NCBI GenBank assembly: GCA_021774195.1
Contig: JAJFJJ010000049.1
Span: 33,731-97,730, forward strand
DNA: 64,000 nucleotides
Origin: Nitrosomonas sp.
Lineage (GTDB): Bacteria > Pseudomonadota > Gammaproteobacteria > Burkholderiales > Nitrosomonadaceae
Reading direction: 5' to 3'
A program made the translations under genes and the position numbers. Under the pieces are notes generated by a model. That model had not been told where the DNA came from and searched no databases. It saw nothing but the letters and a program-made list of their open reading frames with translations. Shown one piece after another: positions 9,529 to 19,045 of this stretch (position 1 is the first letter of the stretch; each line of letters starts with the position of its first letter).

Positions 9529-11274
9529 ATGCAATTAGACCAATCTACCACAAAGAGTGGGTTACATACCTGGCTGGATACCTTATCTTTGGCATTTTAT
9601 GCAATGATAATCGGTATCATCGTCGGTTATGCATCGCTAGGATTTTTAGGAGCAATTCACTGGCTTCATGGGCTCCTGCTGGGCGCCAACAGTACAAATC
9701 TTTACTTACAACTAGAGCAAACTTCTCGAATATACCTGTTTTGTCTGCCGGTAATTGGTGCCGTAATTGTCAGCCTTATCATCAAATACTACATGCCCGA
9801 ACAACGCAATCAAGGACCGGCTGATGTGATACAAGCGACTCGATTGGGTCATGGTGACTTGTCTATTCGTGCCGGTCTGGTTAGTGCTTCCGCAAGTATC
9901 ATTTCTATCGGCAGCGGTGCTTCTGTCGGACGCTACGGTCCTATTGTACATCTTGGTGCAACATTAGGAGCCTGGTTAGCGCAATTATTAAAACTAACGC
10001 AACATAGAAAAAAAACATTATTGGCTTGCGGTGTAGCTGGAGCAATTTCTGCTTCATTTTCCGCCCCCTTGGCTGGCGTTTTATTTGCCCATGAAGTCGT
10101 ACTTGGCCGTTTTGGTAGCAAATCGATTATGCCGATTGTTATTACATCGGTTGTTGCGACAACCGTGGCTGAACTACACACAAGCCATGGCACACTTTTT
10201 ATGTTACCGGATTTACATGTTACCCACACTTGGGAATATTTCTTGTTTGCGTTAGTCGGTGCAATCGGTGGAGGGTTAGCTGTCATGTTTATGTCCATCA
10301 TGTATCGGACCAACCAACTAGCACTACGATTACCAGTTTCAACCGTAACACGTGCATTACTTGGTGGTCTAATACTCGGCACAATCATTGTTATTTTTCC
10401 ACAAACTTTTGGTTTGGGAGAGCAAATCATTCGCGATGCATTAATGCTGGAATTAGCTGCTGGAACCATGTTGCTACTGATCATAGCAAAATTACTGGCA
10501 ACCTCTGTTAGCTTTGCTGCCGGTTTTTCTGGAGGCATATTTGGACCCGCACTTTTCCTTGGCACAATGTTGGGAACTGTTATCGGCTTAGGAGTACATG
10601 AATTTTCAGCGACAGCCTCATCACCAGCAGTCTATGGTGTTGCCGGTATGGGTGCGGTCATTAGTCGCGTCATTGGTGCACCGATTGCTACCATTCTGAT
10701 TATTTTTGAGCTAACCGGGAGTTATTCATTGACGACCGCAGTCATGGTATCTGTGGTGGTCGGTGGCACCGTAACCAAAGATTTTTTTAATCAATCCTAT
10801 TTTTTTCATCAATTGCGTAGCCGGGGCTTTGAGCCAGAAGAATCTAACACGAATCAAATCCTAAGAAAAACACCAATCAGTACATTAATGGATAAACCAA
10901 CCATATTATTTACTGTAGACACGACCGTATTAAATGCGCGTAACGCGCTAATTGAACATACCGTAGACGTGGTTTTTGTAGTTGATGATAAAAATCAATT
11001 ATTAGGCCAAATTAACACATTGAAATTACTTGAAATTAACGACCCTAAATCATTAAATCAATCAATAGCTCATTTCTTATCCGAACCATCCATAATTTTG
11101 GTATCAAGCATGAATATGATTGATACACTACCAAGATTAAAAGATTTTATTGGCACAAATATCCCTGTTATTACTGACCATACTTCACGACAATTTGCTG
11201 GAATTATTAATATAAGTAAGCTGACAGACGCTTATTTACAATCTTTAGAACAAACTCATCTGAACAAGCATTAG
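9529..11274 (+). CDS. ClC-family chloride channel/transporter with C-terminal CBS pair
   Basis: GSGASVGRYGP and GGIFGPALFLG ClC signature segments, many TM helices and a C-terminal CBS-like region. The ATG at 9529 (MQLDQ...) is preferred; the ORF is open from 9475. Confidence 0.88.
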   Translation: MQLDQSTTKSGLHTWLDTLSLAFYAMIIGIIVGYASLGFLGAIHWLHGLLLGANSTNLYLQLEQTSRIYLFCLPVIGAVIVSLIIKYYMPEQRNQGPADVIQATRLGHGDLSIRAGLVSASASIISIGSGASVGRYGPIVHLGATLGAWLAQLLKLTQHRKKTLLACGVAGAISASFSAPLAGVLFAHEVVLGRFGSKSIMPIVITSVVATTVAELHTSHGTLFMLPDLHVTHTWEYFLFALVGAIGGGLAVMFMSIMYRTNQLALRLPVSTVTRALLGGLILGTIIVIFPQTFGLGEQIIRDALMLELAAGTMLLLIIAKLLATSVSFAAGFSGGIFGPALFLGTMLGTVIGLGVHEFSATASSPAVYGVAGMGAVISRVIGAPIATILIIFELTGSYSLTTAVMVSVVVGGTVTKDFFNQSYFFHQLRSRGFEPEESNTNQILRKTPISTLMDKPTILFTVDTTVLNARNALIEHTVDVVFVVDDKNQLLGQINTLKLLEINDPKSLNQSIAHFLSEPSIILVSSMNMIDTLPRLKDFIGTNIPVITDHTSRQFAGIINISKLTDAYLQSLEQTHLNKH

Positions 11275-11438
11275 TTTAGTTGGTAGTAACTAACCGTTTT
11301 TTCGGTTAAAATCATCGGTTAAAATCGTGACCCATTTACTTTGGAAGTTGCTGAATAATTCAGATTAATTTTAATCATGGGCTAATCAATGACTTTGTAG
11401 TACCGAAACCATCTGCACAAACTTTTTAATAAAAATTT

Positions 11439-12557
11439 ATGATTCTTGTACTTATTCCAGATACCCGGCTAGATAGCCCGGAATATAAACAATTGTTGGC
11501 ACATCTGGCCAATTTACCAGGTATTACCACAAGGGTACATACTGAAGTTGGTACCGAACAAACGCTGACAGAGTTATACCTGATAGGTAATACAAAGGCG
11601 TTATCTATTGATGATATCCGTAATTTTCCTTGTGTTGATCGTGTTGTCCGGATTTCTGAAGAATACCGTGTTTTAGGCCGACATAAAAATGATGACCGAT
11701 CAACTTATTTTGACTATAACGGCGTTCGTTTTGGACAGGATACGCTTAATGTCTTTGCGGGATTATGCGCGGTTGATAATGTCGAACATGTCGAAATGAT
11801 GATGAAAGTATTACGTGATCACGGTCAAGTTTGCACGCGTATGGGTGCTTACAAACCACGTACTAGTCCGTATTCATTTCAAGGCCACGGCAAAAGTTGT
11901 CTGCCATTCGTCTTTGACATGGCTGGAAAATATGGCATCAAAGTCATCGCTATGGAGATCACCCACGAATCTCACCTGGAAGAAATCAACCAGGCACTGC
12001 ACCAAACGGGGAATGCAACCGGTGTGATGTTGCAAATTGGAACACGTAACACACAAAATTTTGAATTACTTAAAATTGTCGGTCGCCAAAAGAAACATCC
12101 TGTCCTCATTAAACGTGGATTTGGTATTACTCTGGATGAATCCCTAAATGCCGCAGAATATTTAGCATCAGAAGGAAACCGCAAAGTAATTTTTGGGCTG
12201 CGTGGAATGAAAACAAATATGGGTGATCCGCATCGTAATTTTGTGGATTTTGCACATGTACCGGTTGTCAAACGACTGACCCGCATGCCGGTTTGTATTG
12301 ATCCATCACATTCAGTAGGAACACGTGCCGCGTCACCAGATGGCATCCTAGATGTTATGCATGTGACTGCTCAAGGAATTATTGCAGGAGCCAATATGGT
12401 TTTAGTAGATTTTCATCCTGTACCATGCAAAGCACTAGTCGACGGACCACAAGCCTTATTAATGAAAGAATTGCCACAATTTCTTGAAGATATCCAAATT
12501 GCACGTGAAGCCTATGAAAAACGTGTCGCATTAGTACAGCGCTATCAAGAAGAATAG
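11439..12557 (+). CDS. 3-deoxy-7-phosphoheptulonate (DAHP) synthase, class I-beta with N-terminal ferredoxin-like regulatory domain
   Basis: KPRTSPYSFQG and CIDPSHS motifs of the I-beta DAHPS/KDO8PS fold, with an N-terminal extension of about 80 aa. Confidence 0.88.
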   Translation: MILVLIPDTRLDSPEYKQLLAHLANLPGITTRVHTEVGTEQTLTELYLIGNTKALSIDDIRNFPCVDRVVRISEEYRVLGRHKNDDRSTYFDYNGVRFGQDTLNVFAGLCAVDNVEHVEMMMKVLRDHGQVCTRMGAYKPRTSPYSFQGHGKSCLPFVFDMAGKYGIKVIAMEITHESHLEEINQALHQTGNATGVMLQIGTRNTQNFELLKIVGRQKKHPVLIKRGFGITLDESLNAAEYLASEGNRKVIFGLRGMKTNMGDPHRNFVDFAHVPVVKRLTRMPVCIDPSHSVGTRAASPDGILDVMHVTAQGIIAGANMVLVDFHPVPCKALVDGPQALLMKELPQFLEDIQIAREAYEKRVALVQRYQEE

Positions 12558-12587
12558 ATAAGCGTTGAGTTTCGGGAGAACAATGAA

Positions 12588-13532
12588 ATGATCAAAGTAT
12601 TATTATCAAACCCCAGAGGTTTCTGTGCCGGCGTTGATCGAGCTATTGAAATCGTTGAACGCGCACTGACCATGCATGGCGCACCGATTTACGTACGCCA
12701 TGAAGTGGTACACAATCGTTTTGTCGTTGAAGACTTAGAAAATAAAGGCGCCGTTTTTGTCGAAAACCTAGACGAAGTGCCTCAAGGAAGCATTCTGATT
12801 TTCAGCGCACATGGCGTTTCTCATGCTGTTCGACGTGATGCGGCAGAAAGACAACTGCAAATTTTTGACGCCACTTGTCCACTAGTCACTAAGGTACATG
12901 TTGAAGTTGCAAAAATGCGCAGAGAAGGCAAAGAAATTGTCATGATTGGCCACCAAGGTCACCCAGAGGTTGAAGGCACCATGGGGCAAATCGAGGGCAA
13001 AGATAGGGGAATGTATTTAGTTGAAACGGAAGCCGATGCCGAAACGTTACAGGTTAAAGATGCTAGTAACCTTGCGTATGTCACACAAACGACATTATCC
13101 GTAGATGATGCAGCACGTATTGTCGATGCCTTGAAAAAACGTTTTCCATTAATTAAAGGCCCTAAAAAAGACGATATTTGTTATGCCACACAGAACCGTC
13201 AAGATGCGGTTAAACAAATGGTTGATAAATGTGATTTAGTGATTGTTGTCGGTTCACCCAATAGTTCAAATTCAAATCGCTTATGTGAAGTAGCACGCAA
13301 TGCAAATGTTGAAGCCTACATGGTTGATCATGAAGAACAATTACAAGAAGAATGGTTTGTTGGTAAAAATCAGATCGGTATAACAGCTGGTGCTTCTGCG
13401 CCGGAAATTTTAGTTCAACAAGTTATCTCTAGACTCAAACAAATCGGCTCACAGCAAACTGGTGAAGAAGTCGCAATAGAAGAATTAAGCGGGGTCATTG
13501 AAACGGTGGTGTTTCCATTACCTAAAGCATAA
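12588..13532 (+). CDS. ispH: 4-hydroxy-3-methylbut-2-enyl diphosphate reductase
   Basis: [18 protein letters not shown]-terminus and IspH-like sequence along its full length (314 aa). Confidence 0.96.
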   Translation: MIKVLLSNPRGFCAGVDRAIEIVERALTMHGAPIYVRHEVVHNRFVVEDLENKGAVFVENLDEVPQGSILIFSAHGVSHAVRRDAAERQLQIFDATCPLVTKVHVEVAKMRREGKEIVMIGHQGHPEVEGTMGQIEGKDRGMYLVETEADAETLQVKDASNLAYVTQTTLSVDDAARIVDALKKRFPLIKGPKKDDICYATQNRQDAVKQMVDKCDLVIVVGSPNSSNSNRLCEVARNANVEAYMVDHEEQLQEEWFVGKNQIGITAGASAPEILVQQVISRLKQIGSQQTGEEVAIEELSGVIETVVFPLPKA

Positions 13533-13586
13533 TGATATTTAGGTTTTATTTTATATGTAATTAATAATAAAGTTTAAAATTGTTCC

Positions 13587-14363
13587 ATGGTTCGATTTGC
13601 ACGCAGAAACTCTAATGGCGAAATTGATGTTGCTGTAAGTGAACAAGAAGGCATTCGTTCGCTACATTTAGGCGGAAATATGATTCAAAGTGCCATGAGA
13701 ATCTCTGCCCCAAATGATTTAGAGTTGATTTACTCGCAATGCATGATGGGTTTTTTATTATTTAACGCTTCACCAAAAAACACGTTAATGATCGGTTTAG
13801 GTGGTGGTTCGCTAGCAAAGTTTATCTATCATCGACTACCACAAACACAAATAACCGCAGTTGAAATTAATCCGCAGATTATAAAAACCGCACGTAACTT
13901 CTTCTATTTACCTGAAGATAATGAACGACTTGAGGTAATCCTTGCCGATGGTGGAAAGTACGTCAATGAACACTCCGGTCATGTTGATGTTGTTATGATT
14001 GATGGCTTTGATGATGATTGTCAGGTGCCATCACTTTGTAGCCAAGAGTTTTACAATCAAGTCTACCAAACGCTAAGTAAAGAGGGTATCTTGGTTGTTA
14101 ATTTACTCAGTCGTGACAAGCAGCTCAACAAATTCTTACGCCGTATTGAAACCAGTTTTAACGGCCATGTCACCGCAATGTTATCGGAAATACGGGGCAA
14201 CTTAATAGTCTTTGCTTTTAAGCATAGTCCGGGGAAAATTGCCTGGAAAACACTTAAAAATCATGCCCGATCATTAGAAAAAGAATATCTCCTTCCTTTT
14301 CCTGATTTTGTCTCCAAAATAAAAAAATATCATTCTGGAAACGGCAATTTCTTAATTATTTAA
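13587..14363 (+). CDS. Spermidine-synthase-like SAM-dependent methyltransferase-fold protein
   Basis: LMIGLGGGSLAKF (glycine-rich motif I) and VVMIDGFDD, typical of the spermidine synthase-like family. Confidence 0.75.
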   Translation: MVRFARRNSNGEIDVAVSEQEGIRSLHLGGNMIQSAMRISAPNDLELIYSQCMMGFLLFNASPKNTLMIGLGGGSLAKFIYHRLPQTQITAVEINPQIIKTARNFFYLPEDNERLEVILADGGKYVNEHSGHVDVVMIDGFDDDCQVPSLCSQEFYNQVYQTLSKEGILVVNLLSRDKQLNKFLRRIETSFNGHVTAMLSEIRGNLIVFAFKHSPGKIAWKTLKNHARSLEKEYLLPFPDFVSKIKKYHSGNGNFLII

Positions 14364-14441
14364 GCTGTTTTTTATCTTAATACTGTATAGGTCTAAACGA
14401 CTATGATAAAGTACTCATTTTAAGCATTAATAGTTGAAATT

Positions 14442-14630
14442 ATGGATTATAGTTACGAATCGGATCACACAAAGTTTATGCGCGATTTCATTGAGAAAAA
14501 TCCACAAATGCAAGAAAAGCGCTTGGCTGCAAGAAGTATTTGGTGGGATAAAAAACTGAATAAAGAAGAACAAAAACAATTTAAAGAATCTAAAGTACCA
14601 ATGAAACCTTATGTCTACTTCGGTGGGTAA
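14442..14630 (+). CDS. Small conserved hypothetical protein (possibly DUF3460-like)
   Basis: 62-aa ORF with good coding appearance, followed by a hairpin plus T-run. The family assignment is from memory only. Confidence 0.55.
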   Translation: MDYSYESDHTKFMRDFIEKNPQMQEKRLAARSIWWDKKLNKEEQKQFKESKVPMKPYVYFGG

Positions 14631-14648
14631 TTAAATTATAAAAAATAG

Positions 14649-14691
14649 CCAGTCTATTTTCAACATTGTTGCAAAGTAGGCTGGTTTTTTT
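14649..14691 (+). terminator. Putative intrinsic terminator
   Basis: ccagtcta (14649-14656) pairs with taggctgg (14677-14684) including one G:U pair, followed by ttttttt (14685-14691). The loop is rather long, about 20 nt. Confidence 0.5.
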
Positions 14692-14734
14692 ATGCAGCAA
14701 AATATCGCAGGATTAAATTTTGTTGGATTTAAAA

Positions 14735-15214
14735 ATGATTAAATTAATTATCATCTTCGCGCTATTGTTATCAGCATGTACAAATCTTAGTGGAAATAAA
14801 GAAAAACCATTACTGTATGAAGCAAAAATTAATGGTGACTACGCGTCCATAGCACAATGTGTAACCAATAAACTCCATACTGATACCAGATGGTTTATGC
14901 GACTCCTTCAATATCAATTTAGGCTCTATCCTGAAATTGAAACCGCAGAAATTTATGCTTATGACACTCGGTTTATACCGGGCATCTACGCTAGTAACTC
15001 ACCCACAAACCCAGATGCCGTGCTGGATTATGTTAATCCTAATCCGACAATTCTTTCAGATTCTCCCAAACCAGTTTATCCAGAATTAACATACAATTTT
15101 GTTCTTAACATAAAAAAAATCCGTGATTTAGAAGTTTATGCAACACTTCATGGCAATAAATATGTTGGCACAATAACATGGAAATATTTACAAACATGCA
15201 AAACCTTTGAATAG
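14735..15214 (+). CDS. Hypothetical lipoprotein
   Basis: MIKLIIIFALLLSAC has a signal peptide with a lipobox cysteine. No recognisable domain. Confidence 0.65.
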   Translation: MIKLIIIFALLLSACTNLSGNKEKPLLYEAKINGDYASIAQCVTNKLHTDTRWFMRLLQYQFRLYPEIETAEIYAYDTRFIPGIYASNSPTNPDAVLDYVNPNPTILSDSPKPVYPELTYNFVLNIKKIRDLEVYATLHGNKYVGTITWKYLQTCKTFE

Positions 15215-15273
15215 CGCCAAAAACACACCTTTTTATCTAAATTCGATTCTTCGTGATCAACCGCCTCCAGGTG

Positions 15274-15279
15274 TATAAT
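15274..15279 (+). promoter_or_regulatory. Perfect TATAAT -10 hexamer placed 7 nt upstream of a long hairpin
   Basis: tataat at 15274-15279; the hairpin 5' arm begins at 15286. The -35 region is weak. Confidence 0.4.
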
Positions 15280-15285
15280 CGCAAA

Positions 15286-15444
15286 GAGTCTGTCGGATTT
15301 AAGTCATCTAAACAAGAAAGTGGGAACGAGTACTCAGGCTGGTTCGATTTTAAAGGGTATAGTCATCTATGTGACGATAAATCGAGACAATATGAGCCTA
15401 TTGTCCCATTTTCGTTGTAGATTAACCTTAAATCCAACAAACTC
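15286..15444 (+). ncRNA. Candidate about 160-nt structured RNA or palindromic element upstream of pcnB
   Basis: The 18-nt arms gagtctgtcggatttaag (15286-15303) and ccttaaatccaacaaactc (15426-15444) pair. Further inner pairings are atcta/tagat, gaaaRtggga/tcccattttc, aggct/agcct and tcgattt/aaatcga. No coding potential. Confidence 0.35.
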
Positions 15445-15467
15445 CTAAAATATACAATTTAACTCTC

Positions 15468-16853
15468 GTGATGATCCGCAAACTTTTCAAAAAAGTATTT
15501 TCCCGTAAAACACCTGTGCCCGACTCTGTCGCTCAGCTTCGCGTCATTCCATTTAAAAAACACGGAGTTCGTCGCGATCAGATCGATAAATGTGCACTAA
15601 AAATCACCTCTACATTACATCAAGCTGGATATACCGCATATGTTGTCGGCGGTGCATCACGAGATTTGTTACTTGGCCTAAACCCAAAAGATTATGATGT
15701 TGCTACCAATGCGACACCAGAACAAATTCGCGCTTTGTTTCGTCGATCACGTATTATTGGAAGACGTTTTCGTTTAGTTCATGTGATGTGTGGTGCTGCG
15801 GTAATTGAAGTTTCGACATTTCGTGGGCCATCGACAACACAAGAAGAAGAAAAACGATCCAGTAAATTTATAGACCAACATGGCAGACTATTACGCGATA
15901 ATGTTTTTGGTAATGAAGAAGATGATGCCTTACGACGTGATTTCACCATCAACGCGCTTTTCTATGATCCCGCTAGTGAAGAAATTAAAGACTATTTAAA
16001 CGGCTACGATGATATAAAAGAAAAACGTTTGCGTATTATTGGCGATCCTAATTTACGTTATCGAGAAGACCCTGTTCGTATGCTTCGAGCAGTCCGTCTC
16101 GCCGCCAAACTTGAACTACAAATTGATCCTGAAACAGCAAAGCCAATTGGGGATTTAGCACCATTATTACAAAATGTTCCATCATCTCGTCTATTTGACG
16201 AAATGCTCAAATTATTACTTTCCGGTCATGCATTATCCTGTGTTATTGATTTACGTGCGAGGGGTCTGCATCATGGTCTACTACCCATGTTGGATATTAT
16301 TTTGGAGCAACCCTTAGGTGAACGTTTCATTACATTAGCATTAAAAAGTACTGATCAAAGAATACGACATAACAAACCGGTCTCTCCCGGTTTTTTGTTT
16401 GCTGCATTATTGTGGCATGAAGTGTTATCTGCCTGGAAAACACATCAAACAAAAGGAGAAAAACCATTACCCGCACTATATCAAGCAATCGATGAAACCT
16501 TATCCATACAGCACAAACAACTTGCAATACCCCGTCGTTTCGATGCTGTTATACAAGAAATTTGGGCCATGCAGCCCCGTTTTGAAGCACGTGTTGGACG
16601 CAAGCCCTTTCGTTTACTTTCTCACCCTCGTTTCCGTGCTGCTTATGATTTTATGCTCTTACGATGTGAAAGTGGTGAACTTGACATGGAGTTAGCACAA
16701 TGGTGGAAAAAATTTCAAGATGCAGATCATAATCACCGAGAAAAAATGTTGGTTAACCCAAACACGTCCAAGAAACGCCGAAGAAGTCGGAAGCGCCAAA
16801 CAACAAATGAAACATCTGTCTTATCTAAGAATACAACACAAGAAAGTCATTAG
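15468..16853 (+). CDS. pcnB: Poly(A) polymerase I
   Basis: GGASRDLLLGLNPKDYDVATNATPEQI nucleotidyltransferase motif, a basic C-terminal tail, and pcnB-folK synteny. Start is GTG 15468 or ATG 15471. Confidence 0.94.
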   Translation: MMIRKLFKKVFSRKTPVPDSVAQLRVIPFKKHGVRRDQIDKCALKITSTLHQAGYTAYVVGGASRDLLLGLNPKDYDVATNATPEQIRALFRRSRIIGRRFRLVHVMCGAAVIEVSTFRGPSTTQEEEKRSSKFIDQHGRLLRDNVFGNEEDDALRRDFTINALFYDPASEEIKDYLNGYDDIKEKRLRIIGDPNLRYREDPVRMLRAVRLAAKLELQIDPETAKPIGDLAPLLQNVPSSRLFDEMLKLLLSGHALSCVIDLRARGLHHGLLPMLDIILEQPLGERFITLALKSTDQRIRHNKPVSPGFLFAALLWHEVLSAWKTHQTKGEKPLPALYQAIDETLSIQHKQLAIPRRFDAVIQEIWAMQPRFEARVGRKPFRLLSHPRFRAAYDFMLLRCESGELDMELAQWWKKFQDADHNHREKMLVNPNTSKKRRRSRKRQTTNETSVLSKNTTQESH

Positions 16854-16864
16854 TATCGTTCGAT

Positions 16865-17371
16865 ATGGAAAATTACAACCAAGTTTTTATTGCATTAGGA
16901 AGTAATCTAAAACAACCCTGTACGCAAATTCAATCAGCATTTCATGCATTATCTTGCCTACCAAACACGCATTTTCTTAAACGTTCTTCACTTTACAAAA
17001 GCGCGCCAGTTGGTAAACTTGACCAACCTGATTTTATCAATGCGGTTGCTTTAATTAAAACAAAACTTAAACCGCATGATTTGATGATCGCTTTACTTAA
17101 AATAGAAAACAATCACGGGAGAAAAAGATCAGTTTTAAATGCACCTAGAACACTTGATCTCGATATTTTATTATATGAAAACATTCAGCTCAACGAAACG
17201 GGTTTAACAATACCACACCCTCGTATGACTGAACGTGCATTTGTTTTATACCCGCTTTTAGAAATCTCGCCTGATTGCTATATACCCGGTTACACAAGTA
17301 TTAACAAACTGGTTAAAAACCTATCCGGACAAAAACCAGAAAAATTTGTGAATAAAACTTTTTCTCTATGA
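16865..17371 (+). CDS. folK: 2-amino-4-hydroxy-6-hydroxymethyldihydropteridine pyrophosphokinase
   Basis: HPRMTERAFVLYPL motif, 168 aa, downstream of pcnB. Confidence 0.93.
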   Translation: MENYNQVFIALGSNLKQPCTQIQSAFHALSCLPNTHFLKRSSLYKSAPVGKLDQPDFINAVALIKTKLKPHDLMIALLKIENNHGRKRSVLNAPRTLDLDILLYENIQLNETGLTIPHPRMTERAFVLYPLLEISPDCYIPGYTSINKLVKNLSGQKPEKFVNKTFSL

Positions 17372-18159
17372 AAATCACGCTAAGTACATTACAAAAGCAA
17401 CATGAGAGCAATGAGAAAATTGTTGCTCTAACTTGTTATGACGCAATTTTTGCTTCGCTATTAGAAAATTCTGGAATTGATGTGCTATTAGTTGGTGATT
17501 CAATGGGAAATGTTTTACATGGTAAAAATACCACATTGTCTGTAACACTAAACAACATGATTTATCATACACATTGTGTCTCAAACGGATCGAGTAAAGC
17601 ACTCATTATGGCCGACATGCCGTTTGGCACTGCTCAAATTTCTCCTGAACAAACATTTAAAAATGCTGCAAAATTGATCGCAGCTGGCGCTCATATGGTC
17701 AAAATTGAAGGTGGTCATATTATGGCAGAAACCATTTCATTTTTAACACAGCGCGGTATTCCGGTTTGTTCTCATATTGGTTTTACCCCACAATCCATAT
17801 ATCAATTGGGCGGTTATAAGGTACAAGGAACTGATGAAACAAAAGCTGAACAGATACGACAAGATGCAAAAATTTTAGAAAATGCAGGCGCGAGTATTCT
17901 GCTTATGGAGATGGTTCCAGCAGCGATTGCAAGGACAATTACACAATCTATTCATATTCCTACTATTGGAATAGGCGCAGGTATTGATTGTTCAGGCCAA
18001 GTATTAGTTCTTCATGACATACTGGGAATTTACCAAGGTAAAAAAAACAAATTTGTCAAAAATTTTATGATAGAAGCAACCAGTATTCAAGATGCCATAA
18101 ATAATTATGTATCTGCTGTTAAAAACAAACAATTCCCTGCAAAAGAACACGAATTTTAA
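17368..18159 (+). CDS. panB: 3-methyl-2-oxobutanoate hydroxymethyltransferase
   Basis: LTCYDA ... VGDSMGNVLHG motifs. Overlaps the folK stop by 4 nt. Confidence 0.95.
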   Translation: MKITLSTLQKQHESNEKIVALTCYDAIFASLLENSGIDVLLVGDSMGNVLHGKNTTLSVTLNNMIYHTHCVSNGSSKALIMADMPFGTAQISPEQTFKNAAKLIAAGAHMVKIEGGHIMAETISFLTQRGIPVCSHIGFTPQSIYQLGGYKVQGTDETKAEQIRQDAKILENAGASILLMEMVPAAIARTITQSIHIPTIGIGAGIDCSGQVLVLHDILGIYQGKKNKFVKNFMIEATSIQDAINNYVSAVKNKQFPAKEHEF

Positions 18160-18173
18160 TTATTAAATAATAT

Positions 18174-18998
18174 TTGAAAACTTTTAAAGACATTCATTCA
18201 TTACGTAAGGAACTCAATAACAAAAAAAATATTGCTTTTGTTCCGACTATGGGTAACTTACACGACGGGCATCTTGCATTGATTAAACATGCCCAGAAAA
18301 TAGCGGATCATGTTATTGTTAGTATTTTTGTTAACCAACTTCAATTTCTACCAAATGAAGATTTTAACCGCTACCCACGTACGCTTACTGAAGACTGTGA
18401 AAAATTAAATGCACTCGGTGTTAATTTTCTTTTTACACCAAGTAATGAAATTCTTTATCCTAACAAACAAGATTTCTTGTTAATATTACCGCCTGTTGCA
18501 AATATACTAGAAGGGCAATTCAGGCCTGGATTTTTTGTTGGTGTTACCACTGTTGTTTTAAAATTATTTAATATTATTCAACCACATATTTCATTATTTG
18601 GGAAAAAAGATTTCCAACAACTTTTCCTCATCAATGAAATGGTGCTTCAACTGAATCTACCAATAAAAATTGAACCTTACGATATTATACGAACACCAGA
18701 TGGATTAGCATTAAGCTCTCGTAATCGCTATTTAACAAAAACGCAAAGAACTGAAGCAAACAACCTTTTTTTAACACTAAAACAAATAAAAAACAAAGTA
18801 CACAACGGATGCTCAGACTTTAAAACCTTACAAAAAGATGCTATAGAAAACCTACATCAACGTGGCTGGAAAGTTGATTATCTGACTATTCAAAATAGCG
18901 AAACATTATCTCCAGCCAAAATTAACGATAATAACCTGATCGTTTTATGTGCTGCATGGTTAGGAAAAACAAGATTGATTGATAATATAGAAATATAA
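18174..18998 (+). CDS. panC: Pantoate--beta-alanine ligase
   Basis: VPTMGNLHDGHLALI HIGH-like motif. A TTG start at 18174 is needed to keep this motif in the protein. Confidence 0.93.
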   Translation: MKTFKDIHSLRKELNNKKNIAFVPTMGNLHDGHLALIKHAQKIADHVIVSIFVNQLQFLPNEDFNRYPRTLTEDCEKLNALGVNFLFTPSNEILYPNKQDFLLILPPVANILEGQFRPGFFVGVTTVVLKLFNIIQPHISLFGKKDFQQLFLINEMVLQLNLPIKIEPYDIIRTPDGLALSSRNRYLTKTQRTEANNLFLTLKQIKNKVHNGCSDFKTLQKDAIENLHQRGWKVDYLTIQNSETLSPAKINDNNLIVLCAAWLGKTRLIDNIEI

Positions 18999-19045
18999 CT
19001 TTATTTTAATTCGCCTCTTTTAATCTACTCGATAATAATAAAATT

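Noticed and set aside
9933-10565. 210-aa minus-strand ORF (and several 60-125-aa ORFs) antisense or out of frame within clpA, ClC, DAHP synthase, gyrB, cheA, cysI and other genes
   Set aside because: They are shadow ORFs fully contained in long genes with clear family motifs. They have low-complexity or odd composition and no ribosome-binding context.
15330-15350. tRNA-like T-arm string (ggttcgatt)
   Set aside because: No acceptor, D or anticodon arms can be built around it. It is part of the long hairpin upstream of pcnB.
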